A stretch of DNA of 49,845 nucleotides, taken from the NCBI GenBank assembly GCA_003695625.1, contig RFIB01000337.1, positions 1-49,845 of the forward strand, given 5' to 3'. Positions within the stretch are counted from its first letter, which is position 1. Every line of letters starts with the position of its first letter. Positions 1 to 9,426 of the stretch are shown piece after piece. Source of the stretch: Acidobacteriota bacterium. Lineage in GTDB: Bacteria > Acidobacteriota > Polarisedimenticolia > J045. The notes under the pieces are model-generated. The model was not told the origin of the DNA and did no database searches. It saw only the letters and a list, made by a program, of their open reading frames with translations. The translations under genes were made by a program, and so were the position numbers.

Positions 1-1
1 G

Positions 2-2023
2 GAGCGGGCCGAGCTGCTCGGCAAGCCGCTGAGCGAGCTGCGTGCGCGGACGCCGGCCCGTCCGGCCCCGCCCGCGCCGCCGCGCCGGACCTACGGCGGA
101 CCCGGCCCCGGCTCCGCGGCCGGCGCGCCACCGCGCCGTCGCAAGCGCAAGGGCAAGCAGGTCGCCGCCGAGGCCCGCCCCGCGGTGCGCATGCGTCCGC
201 AGCCCGACCTCCCGCCGGTGGGCGAGGTGCGGATCTCGGAAGGCATCACCGTCAAGGACATCGCCGAACGCATGGGCCGCAAGGCCAAGGACGTGATCAC
301 CAAGCTGTTCATGGACAAGAAGCTGGTCGTGACGATCAACCACGCCCTCGACGAGGAGACCGCGGCGTGGGTCGTCGAGGCGTTCGGCGGCACTCCGATC
401 GTCGTCGGCATCGAGGAGGAGGCGATCGCCGAGGTCGCCGGCCCCGAAGCCGAGGTGGCCGGAGGAGAGCCGGTGCCGCGGGCCCCGGTCGTCACGATGA
501 TGGGCCACGTCGACCACGGCAAGACCAGCCTGCTCGACGCGATCAAGAAGACACGCGTCGCCGAGCGCGAGGCGGGCGGGATCACGCAGCACATCGGCGC
601 CTACAAGGTCGAGCAGGTGGTCGAGGGCGAGCCGCGCGAGATCGTGTTCCTCGACACGCCGGGCCACGAGGCGTTCACGCTGATGCGTGCCCGCGGCGCC
701 ACGGTGACCGACATCATCGTGCTCGTCGTCGCCGCGGACGACGGTGTCATGCCGCAGACGATCGAGGCGATCAACCACGCCCGCTCGGCCGGCGTGCCGC
801 TGATCGTCGCCGTGAACAAGATCGACAAGCCGGGAGCCAATCCCGATCGCGTGCTGCAGCAGCTGGCCGAGCACGACGTGCTCGTCGAGCAGTTCGGCGG
901 GGACGTCGTCGCGTGCAACGTGTCGGCAAAGACGCTCGAGGGGATCGATCACCTGCTCGAGATGATCGTGCTCCAGGCCGAGCTGCTCGAGCTGAAGGCG
1001 GATCCGGACCGGCCCGCGACGGGCACGGTGCTCGAGGCACGACTCGACAAGACGCGCGGCCCGGTCGCCACGGTGCTGGTGCAGAACGGCACGCTGCGCG
1101 TCGGCGACGTGTTCATCGTCGGCTCGATCCTCGGCCGCGTCCGTGCGCTGGTCGACGAGCGGGACCGCCGGCTCGAGGAGGCGGGTCCGTCGACACCGGT
1201 CCAGGTCCTCGGACTCGACGACGTGCCCCAGGCCGGCGACCAGCTCCAGGTGTTCGTCGACGAGCAGCGCGCGCGGCAGATCGCGATGTACCGCCAGCAG
1301 AAGCTGCGCGAGGAGCAGCTCCGGCGGCGCCAGACGCTGCCCAGCCTCGAGAGCCTGCATGAGCAGATCAAGGCCGGCGAGGTGCGCGAGCTGCCGGTGA
1401 TTCTCAAGGCCGACGTCCAGGGCTCGGTCGAGGTGCTGACCAAGGCGCTGACCGACCTGTCGACCGACGAGGTTCAGGTCAAGGTGATTCACGCCGCCAC
1501 CGGCGCGATCACCGAGACCGACGTGCTGCTCGCGCAGGCCAGCCGGGCGCTGATCGTCGGGTTCAACGTGCGTCCGCAGCGGGGCGTGCGCGAACTGGCC
1601 GAGCGCGAGGGCGTCGACATCCGGCTGCACACCGTGATCTACAAGGTGACCGAGGAGATCGAGCAGGCGATGCTGGCCACGCTCTCGCCGGTCGAGAAGG
1701 AGGTCTACCTCGGCCGCGCCGAGGTGCTGCAGACCTTCAAGGTGCCGAAGGTCGGCACGATCGCCGGCTGTCGCGTCGTCGACGGGGTGATCCGCCGCGA
1801 CGCCCAGGTGCGCCTGCTGCGCGACAACGTCGTGATCTACGAGGGCCGCGTCTCCTCGCTCAAGCGCTTCAAGGAGGACGCGCGCGAGGTGCGCTCCGGG
1901 TTCGAGTGCGGCATCGGCCTCGAGCGGTTCAACGACCTCAAGGTGGGCGACGAGATCGAGGCGTTCAGGATCGAGCTGGTCAAGCGCGAGTCGCTCGGCG
2001 AGAGGGTCGAGACGACCGACTGA
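2..2023 (+). CDS. infB: Translation initiation factor IF-2 (5'-truncated by window edge)
   Basis: Frame 2 is open from the window edge to TGA at 2021-2023. GTPase motifs [13 protein letters not shown] and NKID are present, followed by IF-2 C-terminal domains. Canonical infB-truB-rpsO-pnp synteny follows. Confidence 0.97.
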   Translation, partial: ERAELLGKPLSELRARTPARPAPPAPPRRTYGGPGPGSAAGAPPRRRKRKGKQVAAEARPAVRMRPQPDLPPVGEVRISEGITVKDIAERMGRKAKDVITKLFMDKKLVVTINHALDEETAAWVVEAFGGTPIVVGIEEEAIAEVAGPEAEVAGGEPVPRAPVVTMMGHVDHGKTSLLDAIKKTRVAEREAGGITQHIGAYKVEQVVEGEPREIVFLDTPGHEAFTLMRARGATVTDIIVLVVAADDGVMPQTIEAINHARSAGVPLIVAVNKIDKPGANPDRVLQQLAEHDVLVEQFGGDVVACNVSAKTLEGIDHLLEMIVLQAELLELKADPDRPATGTVLEARLDKTRGPVATVLVQNGTLRVGDVFIVGSILGRVRALVDERDRRLEEAGPSTPVQVLGLDDVPQAGDQLQVFVDEQRARQIAMYRQQKLREEQLRRRQTLPSLESLHEQIKAGEVRELPVILKADVQGSVEVLTKALTDLSTDEVQVKVIHAATGAITETDVLLAQASRALIVGFNVRPQRGVRELAEREGVDIRLHTVIYKVTEEIEQAMLATLSPVEKEVYLGRAEVLQTFKVPKVGTIAGCRVVDGVIRRDAQVRLLRDNVVIYEGRVSSLKRFKEDAREVRSGFECGIGLERFNDLKVGDEIEAFRIELVKRESLGERVETTD

Positions 2024-2090
2024 CCCGGTCACGCCGGACCGCGGCCGGGAGGCCGCCCGCCCGGCCGCCGGCCGCGCGGCGGGGGACACG

Positions 2091-2372
2091 ATGCGCGTCG
2101 GAGTTCTCGTCCTCGAGCTCTACCTGCCCGGCGCCCTGTCGCTCAAGGACAAGCGGCGGGTCGTCCGCGGCCTCAAGGACCGCTGCCGCGCCCGGTTCAA
2201 CGTCGCTGTCGCCGAGGTCGACCACCAGGACCTGCAGCAGCGCGCGGGGATCGCGTTCTCGTCCGTCGCGGGCGACGAGGCGACGCTCCACGGCCTGTTC
2301 GACCGGCTGCGCGAGGAGGCCGAGGCGGTGACCGGCGGGCGCGTCGCCGTCGTCTCCCGGGAGATCCTGTAG
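2091..2372 (+). CDS. DUF503 (YlxP-like) protein
   Basis: 93 aa with the LSLKDKRRVV...FNVAVAEVDHQDL signature of the small YlxP/DUF503 family, which typically follows infB. Confidence 0.85.
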   Translation: MRVGVLVLELYLPGALSLKDKRRVVRGLKDRCRARFNVAVAEVDHQDLQQRAGIAFSSVAGDEATLHGLFDRLREEAEAVTGGRVAVVSREIL

Positions 2373-2375
2373 CGG

Positions 2376-3272
2376 ATGACTCGCCGGGGTGGAATCGTTC
2401 TCGTCGACAAGCCGCCGGACTGGACGAGCCACGACGTGGTCGCGTGGCTCCGCGCCCGTCTCGGCGTGCGCCGCGTCGGCCACGCCGGGACGCTCGACCC
2501 GCTCGCCACCGGGCTCCTGCCGTGCCTGGTCGGGCCGGCGACCCGGCTGACGCGGTGGCTGCACCTGTGGCCCAAGACCTACGTCGGCGAGATCGTGCTC
2601 GGTCTCGAGACGCCGACGGGTGATGCCGAGGGCGTCGACCCCGGAACGCTGCCGGCCGTTCCGCTGCCCCCGGCCCCGGTCCTCGAACGGGCGCGGCGCG
2701 CCCTCGAGGGGGAGATCGAGCAGGTCCCGCCGGCGTTCTCGGCCAAGAAGCTGCGCGGCACGCCCGCCCACCGCCTCGCCCGGCGCGGTCGCGAGCTGCC
2801 GCTCGCCCCGGTGCGGGTGACCGTCCATCGCCTCCGCCTGTGCCGGGCCGGCGACGGCCGGCTCGCGTTCGCGGCACGCGTCTCGTCCGGGACCTACCTG
2901 CGCTCGCTGGCCCGCGATCTCGGGCGGCTGCTCGGCACGGGCGCGTTCCTGGCCCGGCTGCGGCGAACCGCGGTCGGGCCGCTGCGCGTGCGCGGTGCCG
3001 TCCGGCCGCTGTCCCGCCACGAGCGGCAGGCGGCGTCGGGCGAGCCGGCCCTCGCCGTGCTCCCGCCCGAGGCGATCCCCCTCCCCCTTCCGGACGTCGG
3101 CCTGGCCGAGGAGGAGGTCGCCCTGTTCCGCCACGGCCGACCGGTCGCCTGCCCCGGCCTCTCCGCCGTCGAGGGGGCGGTCCGGGTCCTCGGGCCCGGC
3201 GGGATGCTGGCGGGGATCGGCGAGGCCGGGGCGGACGGACGGCTCCAGCCGCGGGTCGTCCTCGACCCCTGA
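2376..3272 (+). CDS. truB: tRNA pseudouridine(55) synthase TruB
   Basis: N-terminal VDKPPDWTSHDVV and catalytic-Asp motif GHAGTLDPLATGLL. The ATG lies 3 nt after the DUF503 stop. Synteny supports the call. Confidence 0.93.
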   Translation: MTRRGGIVLVDKPPDWTSHDVVAWLRARLGVRRVGHAGTLDPLATGLLPCLVGPATRLTRWLHLWPKTYVGEIVLGLETPTGDAEGVDPGTLPAVPLPPAPVLERARRALEGEIEQVPPAFSAKKLRGTPAHRLARRGRELPLAPVRVTVHRLRLCRAGDGRLAFAARVSSGTYLRSLARDLGRLLGTGAFLARLRRTAVGPLRVRGAVRPLSRHERQAASGEPALAVLPPEAIPLPLPDVGLAEEEVALFRHGRPVACPGLSAVEGAVRVLGPGGMLAGIGEAGADGRLQPRVVLDP

Positions 3273-3321
3273 CACCGGCACGGGGGCTGACCGATGCCTC
3301 CCCGGCGCGCCGCGCGCCGGT

Positions 3322-3350
3322 TTGCCCGGCCTGCCGGCTGGCGGTAGACT
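3322..3350 (+). promoter_or_regulatory. Candidate sigma-70-type promoter for rpsO (TTGCCC-N17-TAGACT)
   Basis: TTGCCC at 3322-3327, a 17-nt spacer, and TAGACT at 3345-3350, in the 180-nt truB-rpsO gap. This would give a leader of about 95 nt. AT-rich hexamers are rare in this genome. No experimental support. Confidence 0.35.
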
Positions 3351-3452
3351 CCGCGCGGTTCGGTACCGCTCCGGGCGGCCCGGCCGGTCGGAGTCCCCGC
3401 TCAGTTCCGGAGTTCGACAGGCCGCATCGCCGGGTGCGGAGGAGACGGGACG

Positions 3453-3722
3453 TTGCCGCTGACGAAGGACAAGAAGCAGGAGATCATCTCGGAGTACGGC
3501 CGCGCCGAGGCCGACACCGGGACTCCGGAGGTGCAGGTCGCGCTGCTGACCGAGCGCATCCGCTACCTGACCGAGCACTTCAAGGTCCACAAGAAGGACC
3601 ACCACGGGCGGCTCGGGCTGCTCAAGCTCGTCGGTCAGCGCCGGCGGCTGCTCGACTACCTGCGCCGCAAGGATCCGGCGCGCTACCGCGAGCTGATCTC
3701 CCGTCTCGGCCTGCGCAAGTAG
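3453..3722 (+). CDS. rpsO: 30S ribosomal protein S15
   Basis: 89 aa with a TTG start preceded by GGAGACGGGA. S15 hallmarks [22 protein letters not shown] and [12 protein letters not shown] are present. Confidence 0.95.
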   Translation: MPLTKDKKQEIISEYGRAEADTGTPEVQVALLTERIRYLTEHFKVHKKDHHGRLGLLKLVGQRRRLLDYLRRKDPARYRELISRLGLRK

Positions 3723-3810
3723 CGCCGCCGAACCCCGACCATCCCAGCGGCGCCCGCACGCCGTCGAACGCGCCGCGACGGATGCCGACAGGCCACGGTG
3801 ACTGGACTGC

Positions 3811-3877
3811 GTAGCCAAACCTGCGAGCCCTCCGCCGCCCCCGCCGGGGCGGGCAGGCGGCTCGTGGTCTTGGCTAC
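3811..3877 (+). promoter_or_regulatory. Long imperfect hairpin (about 30 bp stem) in the rpsO-pnp intergenic leader
   Basis: GTAGCCAA at 3811-3818 pairs with TTGGCTAC at 3870-3877. Further helices follow (3821-3829 with 3859-3867, 3834-3841 with 3846-3854), closing on a 4-nt loop. No U-tract follows. Confidence 0.4.
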
Positions 3878-3979
3878 TCAGCCCACTCGCCGCGCGCATG
3901 TCGCGCCGTCGTCCGCTCGACGAGCACGGGAGCCGCTCCAACCCGGCTTCGCACGGCGAAGCCAAGACAGGAGCATTCC

Positions 3980-6085
3980 GTGTCCAACAGCAAGCCGATC
4001 CGCAAGGAGATCAAGGTCGGCCCCCACACGCTGACCGTCGAGACCGGCAAGGTCGCCCGCCAGGCGAGCGGCTCCCTGACGATCCAGCAGGGCGGCACCG
4101 TCGTGCTCGTCACCGCCCAGTCGGCGCGTGATCCCCGCGACATCCCGTTCCTTCCGCTGACCGTCGAGTACCGCGAGGCGATGTACGCCGCCGGGAAGAT
4201 CCCGGGCGGCTTCTTCAAGCGCGAGGGGCGCCCCAACGAGAAGGAGACGCTGACCTGCCGGCTGATCGATCGTCCGCTGCGCCCCCTGTTTCCCGAGGGC
4301 TGGCGGTTCGAGACGCAGGTCATCGCGCTGACGCTGTCTGCCGACAAGGAGTTCAACCCGGACGTGCTCGCCGTCACCGGCGCGTCGTTCGCGCTGACGC
4401 TGTCGGACATTCCATGGGACAACCCGATCGCCGCGGTGCGCGTCGGACTCGTCGACGGCGAGTACGTCATCAACCCGACGCACGCCGAACTCGAGTCGAG
4501 CAAGCTCGACATCGTCGTCGCCGCCAGCGCCGACGCGATCGTCATGGTCGAGGCGGGGGCCCACGAGGCGACCGAGCAGGAGATCATCGGCGCCCTGTAC
4601 GCGGGACACGAGGCGTGTCAGCCGCTGGTCGCCGCCCAGCACGAGCTGGCGCGCGAGGCGGGCAAGCCGAAGCGCGAGTTCACGCCGGCCTCGGTGCCGG
4701 AGGACATCGATCGACTGGTTCACGAGGAACTCGCCGGTCCGCTGCTCGACGCGATGCAGATCAAGGGCAAGCTCGAGTCCTACCGCAAGATCGACGAGCT
4801 GCTGGCGACGTTCATCGAGCGCCACGCCCCCGAGGATCCGGAGCGGCAGGCGGCGATCCGCAGCGCGTTCCATCACCTGCAGGACGAACTGCTCCACGAC
4901 TACACGCTGCGGAACCGCAAGCGGGTCGACGGGCGTCGGCTCGACGAGATCCGGCCGCTCTCGATCGAGGTCGGAGTGCTGCCGCGGACCCACGGTTCCG
5001 CGCTGTTCACGCGCGGCGAGACCCAGGCGCTCGTGCTGACGACGCTGGGCACCTCCGCCGACACGCAGCGCATCGACTGGCTCGAGGCGGAGGGCGAGAA
5101 GCGCTTTATGCTGCACTACAACTTCCCGCCGTTCTCGGTCGGCGAGGTGCGCTTCCTGCGCGGTCCGGGCCGGCGCGAGATCGGACACGGAGCGCTGGCC
5201 GAGCGCGCCCTGCGACCGGTGCTGCCTCCCGAGGAGAAGTTCCCCTACACGGTGCGGCTGGTCTCCGAGATCCTCGAGTCGAACGGCTCGTCGTCGATGG
5301 CCTCGGTCTGCGGCGGATCGCTGTCGCTGATGGACGCGGGCGTGCCCGTCTCCAAGGCGGTGGCGGGGATCGCGATGGGGCTCGTGATGCGTGACGGCGA
5401 ATACGCCGTGCTGACCGACATCGCCGGCGCCGAGGACCACCATGGCGACATGGACTTCAAGGTCGCCGGCACGCGGGACGGGATCACCGCGCTGCAGATG
5501 GACATCAAGATCGCCGGCGTGACGCGCGAGATCATGGCCGAGGCGCTCGAGCAGGCGCGGCGCGCCCGCCTCGAGCTGCTCGACGCCATGGACGGCGTGA
5601 TCGCCCGGCCGCGCGACGACGTCTCGCCGCATGCGCCGCGGATCCTGACGATCGTCATCCCGCGCGACAAGATCCGCGACGTCATCGGCCCGGGCGGCAA
5701 GGTGATCCGCTCGATCCAGGAGAAGACCGGCTGCGAGATCTCGATCGAGGACGACGGCCGCGTCGACATCGCCTCGGTCAACCTCGACAGCGCACAGCAG
5801 GCGGCCGAGATCATCAAGGAGCTGACGGCCGAGGCCGAGCTGGGACGCATCTACGTCGGGCGCGTCGTGCGCACGACGAACTTCGGCGCGTTCGTCGAGA
5901 TCCTCCCCGGCGTCGAAGGACTGCTGCACATCTCCGAGATTGCCGAGCACCGCGTCGAGCAGACCACGGACGAGATCGAGGAGGGCGACGAGGTGCTGGT
6001 CAAGGTGATCGACATCGACGCCCAGGGCCGCGTCCGGCTCTCGCGCAAGGCCGCGATGCGCGAGCGTGCGGGCAAGTCGAGCTGA
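3980..6085 (+). CDS. pnp: Polyribonucleotide nucleotidyltransferase (PNPase)
   Basis: 701 aa with a GTG start and AGGAG about 8 nt upstream. Contains two RNase PH domains (MDFKVAGT motif), a KH domain ([12 protein letters not shown]) and an S1 domain ([15 protein letters not shown]). Confidence 0.97.
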   Translation: MSNSKPIRKEIKVGPHTLTVETGKVARQASGSLTIQQGGTVVLVTAQSARDPRDIPFLPLTVEYREAMYAAGKIPGGFFKREGRPNEKETLTCRLIDRPLRPLFPEGWRFETQVIALTLSADKEFNPDVLAVTGASFALTLSDIPWDNPIAAVRVGLVDGEYVINPTHAELESSKLDIVVAASADAIVMVEAGAHEATEQEIIGALYAGHEACQPLVAAQHELAREAGKPKREFTPASVPEDIDRLVHEELAGPLLDAMQIKGKLESYRKIDELLATFIERHAPEDPERQAAIRSAFHHLQDELLHDYTLRNRKRVDGRRLDEIRPLSIEVGVLPRTHGSALFTRGETQALVLTTLGTSADTQRIDWLEAEGEKRFMLHYNFPPFSVGEVRFLRGPGRREIGHGALAERALRPVLPPEEKFPYTVRLVSEILESNGSSSMASVCGGSLSLMDAGVPVSKAVAGIAMGLVMRDGEYAVLTDIAGAEDHHGDMDFKVAGTRDGITALQMDIKIAGVTREIMAEALEQARRARLELLDAMDGVIARPRDDVSPHAPRILTIVIPRDKIRDVIGPGGKVIRSIQEKTGCEISIEDDGRVDIASVNLDSAQQAAEIIKELTAEAELGRIYVGRVVRTTNFGAFVEILPGVEGLLHISEIAEHRVEQTTDEIEEGDEVLVKVIDIDAQGRVRLSRKAAMRERAGKSS

Positions 6086-6111
6086 CCTTCCGTCCGTCCG
6101 GACGGCACACG

Positions 6112-6140
6112 CGCCCCGCGGGCCCGCGGTCCGCGGGGCG
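6112..6140 (+). terminator. Hairpin terminator candidate downstream of pnp
   Basis: A perfect 10-bp GC stem: CGCCCCGCGG at 6112-6121 pairs with CCGCGGGGCG at 6131-6140, with a 9-nt loop. It is followed by TAGTATTCTC. A second palindrome, CCGTCCGGACGG, lies just upstream. Confidence 0.55.
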
Positions 6141-6190
6141 TAGTATTCTCGGCAGGGCCGGAGGTGGTCTCCGGCGCGGCCGGGGTGTCG

Positions 6191-7345
6191 ATGGCGGAGA
6201 AGCTCGGTGAACTCCTGATCCGCGAGGGGCTGATCGCGGCCGATCAGCTCGAGGAGGCGCTGCGCTCGCAGCGGATCTTCGGCGGCTCGCTCGGCAGCCA
6301 TCTGCTCCAGCTCGGCTACGTCGACGAGGACGCGCTCGGCCGCGCGCTCGGCCGGGTCTACGGCGTCCCGGTCGCCTCGCGGGCGGAGCTGATCGCGGCC
6401 CCGCCCGAGGTGGTGGCGCTGCTGCCGCCGGAGTTCTCGCGCCGTCACCGGGCGCTGCCGTTCAAGCTCGAAGGGCACCGGCTGCACCTGGCCCTGCAGA
6501 ACCCGGCGGACTCGCTCGCGGTCCACGAGGCGTCGTTCCTCACCGGGTTCCAGATCGTCCCCCACGTCAGCCCCGAGGCGGTGCTGCGGGACAGCATCGC
6601 CTATCACCGCCGGGGCGAGCCGGCGGCGGCGACTCCGGCCGCCCGTCCGCCGCGCCGTGAGGCTCCGCCGGCCACGACCCGGGCGGAGCCGGCGGCCCCG
6701 GCCCGCCCGCGGCCGGAGCACCAGACGGGGCCGGTCCGGATCACCAACCCCGTACTCACCGGCGATCCGCCGGTCGGGCTGGCCACCGGTCCGGTCGCGA
6801 TCCCGGCCAGCGCGGAGCGCGCCCGGCGGCACAGTCCGGCCCTGGCCGCGCTCGGCCGCGCACTGGCCTCGGCGAGGAATCGCGACGAACTGCTCGGCGT
6901 GCTGCTCGAGGAGATGACCCACCACGCGAGCCGCGCCCTCGTCCTGCTCGTCCGGCAGGGGCAGGCCGTCGTCTGGAAGGGCGAGGGGTTCGGCACCGTC
7001 CGGCGCCGCCCGGCGCTGCCGCTCGATGCGCCGTCGGTGCTCGACCCGGTCCGCGAGGAGCGTGCGCTGAGCTTCGGACCGGTGGCGATGACACCCGCCA
7101 ACCGCGACTTCTACACGCTGCTCGGCGGCCGTCCCCCGGCGGTCGCCCTGGTCCTGCCGATCTACGTCCGGCGCCGCCCGCTCGTCGTCCTCTACGGGGA
7201 CGAGACCCGCGCGGACAGCCGGCCGCCGGACTTCGCGCGTCTGCGCGCGGTCTCGCGCCTGGCCGCATGGGCGCTCGAGGCGCTGATCCTGCGGGCCAAG
7301 ATCCTGCGCGAGAGCGGCGCCGACGAAGGAGACGGCGAGAAATGA
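6191..7345 (+). CDS. T2SSE_N/MshEN-domain protein (no ATPase domain) with C-terminal GAF-like domain; predicted c-di-GMP receptor
   Basis: The N-terminal KLGELLIREGLIAADQLEEALRSQ-RIFGG-SLGSHLLQLGYVDEDALGRALGRV matches the tandem 24-residue MshEN motif. This is followed by a T2SSE_N-like fold (HRLHLALQNPAD), a Pro/Ala-rich linker and a GAF-like C-terminus. I chose the ATG at 6191; the ORF is open from 6164. Confidence 0.8.
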   Translation: MAEKLGELLIREGLIAADQLEEALRSQRIFGGSLGSHLLQLGYVDEDALGRALGRVYGVPVASRAELIAAPPEVVALLPPEFSRRHRALPFKLEGHRLHLALQNPADSLAVHEASFLTGFQIVPHVSPEAVLRDSIAYHRRGEPAAATPAARPPRREAPPATTRAEPAAPARPRPEHQTGPVRITNPVLTGDPPVGLATGPVAIPASAERARRHSPALAALGRALASARNRDELLGVLLEEMTHHASRALVLLVRQGQAVVWKGEGFGTVRRRPALPLDAPSVLDPVREERALSFGPVAMTPANRDFYTLLGGRPPAVALVLPIYVRRRPLVVLYGDETRADSRPPDFARLRAVSRLAAWALEALILRAKILRESGADEGDGEK

Positions 7346-7932
7346 CCGACGACCGGCGGGAGGCGATCGTCCGTCTCGACGAGGCCCTCGGCGACGCGGG
7401 GCGTCGCTCCCTGGCCGAGCTGGCGCGGCGCGAGGCGCTCGACGCCGCCGGGGAACCGCAGCCCGAGCCCGCCTCCACCGGAACGGTGCCGCCGCTCGAG
7501 GTCTACGGCGCGTTCGTCAGTTTCCACCTCGGCGGCCGCCTGCGCGGCTGCATGGGCGTGCTCGGACGGCCGTTCCCGGTCGTCGACGCGGTGCGCGACG
7601 CGGCGCGCTCGGCGGCCGTGCGCGATCCGCGCTTCCCGCCGATGCAGCCCGCCGAGATCCGCGCCGCCGACCTGGAGGTCTCGCTGCTGACGCCGATCGA
7701 ATGGGTCGATCCGGACCTGCTGCCGGACGCGATCCGCATCGGCATCGACGGACTCGTCGCCGAGCAGGGCCCGCAGCGCGGCCTGCTCCTGCCGCAGGTC
7801 GCCACCGAGCACGGCCTCGACGCACCGACGTTCCTGGCCGAGACGTGCCGCAAGGCGGGCCTGCCCCCCGATGCCTGGCGCCACGGCGCCCGCATCGGCC
7901 GCTTCCAGGCGCTGGTGATCAGGGAGGCGTGA
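7342..7932 (+). CDS. AMMECR1 domain protein
   Basis: Contains LRGCMG and GLLLPQVA motifs typical of AMMECR1. The ATG at 7342 overlaps the upstream TGA as ATGA. Confidence 0.88.
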   Translation: MTDDRREAIVRLDEALGDAGRRSLAELARREALDAAGEPQPEPASTGTVPPLEVYGAFVSFHLGGRLRGCMGVLGRPFPVVDAVRDAARSAAVRDPRFPPMQPAEIRAADLEVSLLTPIEWVDPDLLPDAIRIGIDGLVAEQGPQRGLLLPQVATEHGLDAPTFLAETCRKAGLPPDAWRHGARIGRFQALVIREA

Positions 7933-8232
7933 CGTCCTTCTCCCCGGCGCTCCGCCCGGCGAACGCGAGCACGTGGCCGTCGGGATCCAGGCTGCAGGCG
8001 ACGACGTGCCCCCAGTCCCGCAGCGCGACCGGCGAGAGTTCGCTCGCCCCGGCGGACAGCGCGCGCTCGTGGCACGCCGCGGGATCGTCGACGACCAGAT
8101 ACAGCTCGGCGCGCGGGACGCCCGACGCCCGGTCGGGATCGGGCAGCGTCTCGCCGAGGAGCCGCCGGAGATGACCGGGGGCGCGCCCCGCGGGACGCGC
8201 CCCCTGATGTTCGGCCTGCTCTCGCGCGGAGC
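7919..8232 (-). pseudogene. Possible remnant of a VOC/glyoxalase-family gene (C-terminal half only, no start codon)
   Basis: The last ~65 codons read AELYLVVDDPAACHERALSAGASELSPVALRDWGHVVACSLDPDGHVLAF, a typical second half of a VOC domain. No ATG, GTG or TTG occurs in frame between the LysM gene stop (8233) and that segment. The long ORF 7919..9466 is otherwise an artefact. Confidence 0.3.
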
Positions 8233-9426
8233 TCAGAGCACCTCGGCGCTGTCGCCGATGCGGATCTCGCTGTGCGACTCGATCACCTTGACCGTCGAGC
8301 CGCCGCCCTGGGTCGAGATCACGACGCCCTGCGCGACGACGCGCCGCGGCTCCTCGGGGAGCTCGCCCGGCCGCCAGAACAGCACCCGGTCGCCGGCGGT
8401 CAGGCCCGCGGCCTGGCCGAGGTCGACGCCGACCGTGTCGCCGGCAGCAGCGATCGTCTGCTGCGGATCGGACATCGCGATCACCGTGCCGTTGAGCCGC
8501 CCCGGATACTCGGTCGCCAGCTTGCGCAGGGGGATGCGCTCGATCATCGGGATCGGCATCTCGCGGTACGGGACGAGGTAGTCGCCGACCTCGACCGGAT
8601 CGCAACCCGAGACGATCTCGGCCGTCGCGCTCTGCGACTGGACGGCGATCACGCGCAGACGCGCCATCCGGCGCACGAACACCGCCACCGGCTTGCCGGT
8701 CACCGGGCTGCTGACCGTCCCCTCGGCGCGGATCGCGACGAACTCGCTGCCGGGCTCGATGCCGAGATCCTGGCCCGCGCTGAGGAACACGATGTCCCCC
8801 GGACCCTGGAGCTGCTTCTTCGGCTCCTCGCGTCCGGCGACCGTCAGCGGCGTCGGATCGAACCGCTCCCAGAGCTGCGCGGCGCAGAGCATCTCCTGGG
8901 CCTCGACCGCCGGGACGAGCGTCGGCCGCGCGCGCGGCCGCTCGACCGGCTTCTCCTCGGCGCCGCCGAACGGGACCTCCGGTGCCGGCCGCTCCGGCTC
9001 GACCTGCTCGACGACCTGCTCCTCGACCGGCGCCTGCTCGGGCCCCTGCTCGCCGACCACGGTCGGCGCCGGCGGGATGACGAGCGGATCGCCCGGGTAG
9101 ATCCAGTGGGAGTACGTCACGTAGCGGTTGGCGTCCCAGATCACCGGCCACAGGTACGGATCGCCGTAGTACGTGGCGGCGAGATCCCACAGCGTGTCGC
9201 CCTTCTCGACGACACGCACCTGGACCCCTTCCGGCGGCGTCGGCGGATCGTAGGGTGTCCAGTGACCGTCGACGAACTTGAGGTTGGTGGGCGGCGGCAC
9301 GTAGCCGCGGACCCGCTCGCCCGGTGCCTGCGCCCCCTCCTGGCCCAGTCCGGCGGTCGGCATCGCCGCGGCGAGCGTCGCGCACGCAACCAGGGCGATC
9401 CATGCCCCGTGCCACTCTCTCCTCAT
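8233..9426 (-). CDS. Secreted LysM domain-containing protein
   Basis: Signal peptide (WIALVACATLAAAMP) and a LysM motif (VEKGDTLWDLAATYYGDPYLWPVIWDAN...IYPGDPLVIP). A strong SD, GGAGGAACCG, lies immediately before the ATG. Confidence 0.85.
   Translation of the reverse strand: MRREWHGAWIALVACATLAAAMPTAGLGQEGAQAPGERVRGYVPPPTNLKFVDGHWTPYDPPTPPEGVQVRVVEKGDTLWDLAATYYGDPYLWPVIWDANRYVTYSHWIYPGDPLVIPPAPTVVGEQGPEQAPVEEQVVEQVEPERPAPEVPFGGAEEKPVERPRARPTLVPAVEAQEMLCAAQLWERFDPTPLTVAGREEPKKQLQGPGDIVFLSAGQDLGIEPGSEFVAIRAEGTVSSPVTGKPVAVFVRRMARLRVIAVQSQSATAEIVSGCDPVEVGDYLVPYREMPIPMIERIPLRKLATEYPGRLNGTVIAMSDPQQTIAAAGDTVGVDLGQAAGLTAGDRVLFWRPGELPEEPRRVVAQGVVISTQGGGSTVKVIESHSEIRIGDSAEVL

Noticed and set aside
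3878-6925. A 1015-codon ORF on the minus strand covering all of pnp and part of the next gene.
   Set aside because: It is antisense to an unambiguous PNPase gene. Its composition (Arg, Asp, Leu and Gly rich, with no recognisable motifs) is what the complement of GC3-rich coding sequence gives. Stop codons are simply rare in >70% GC DNA.
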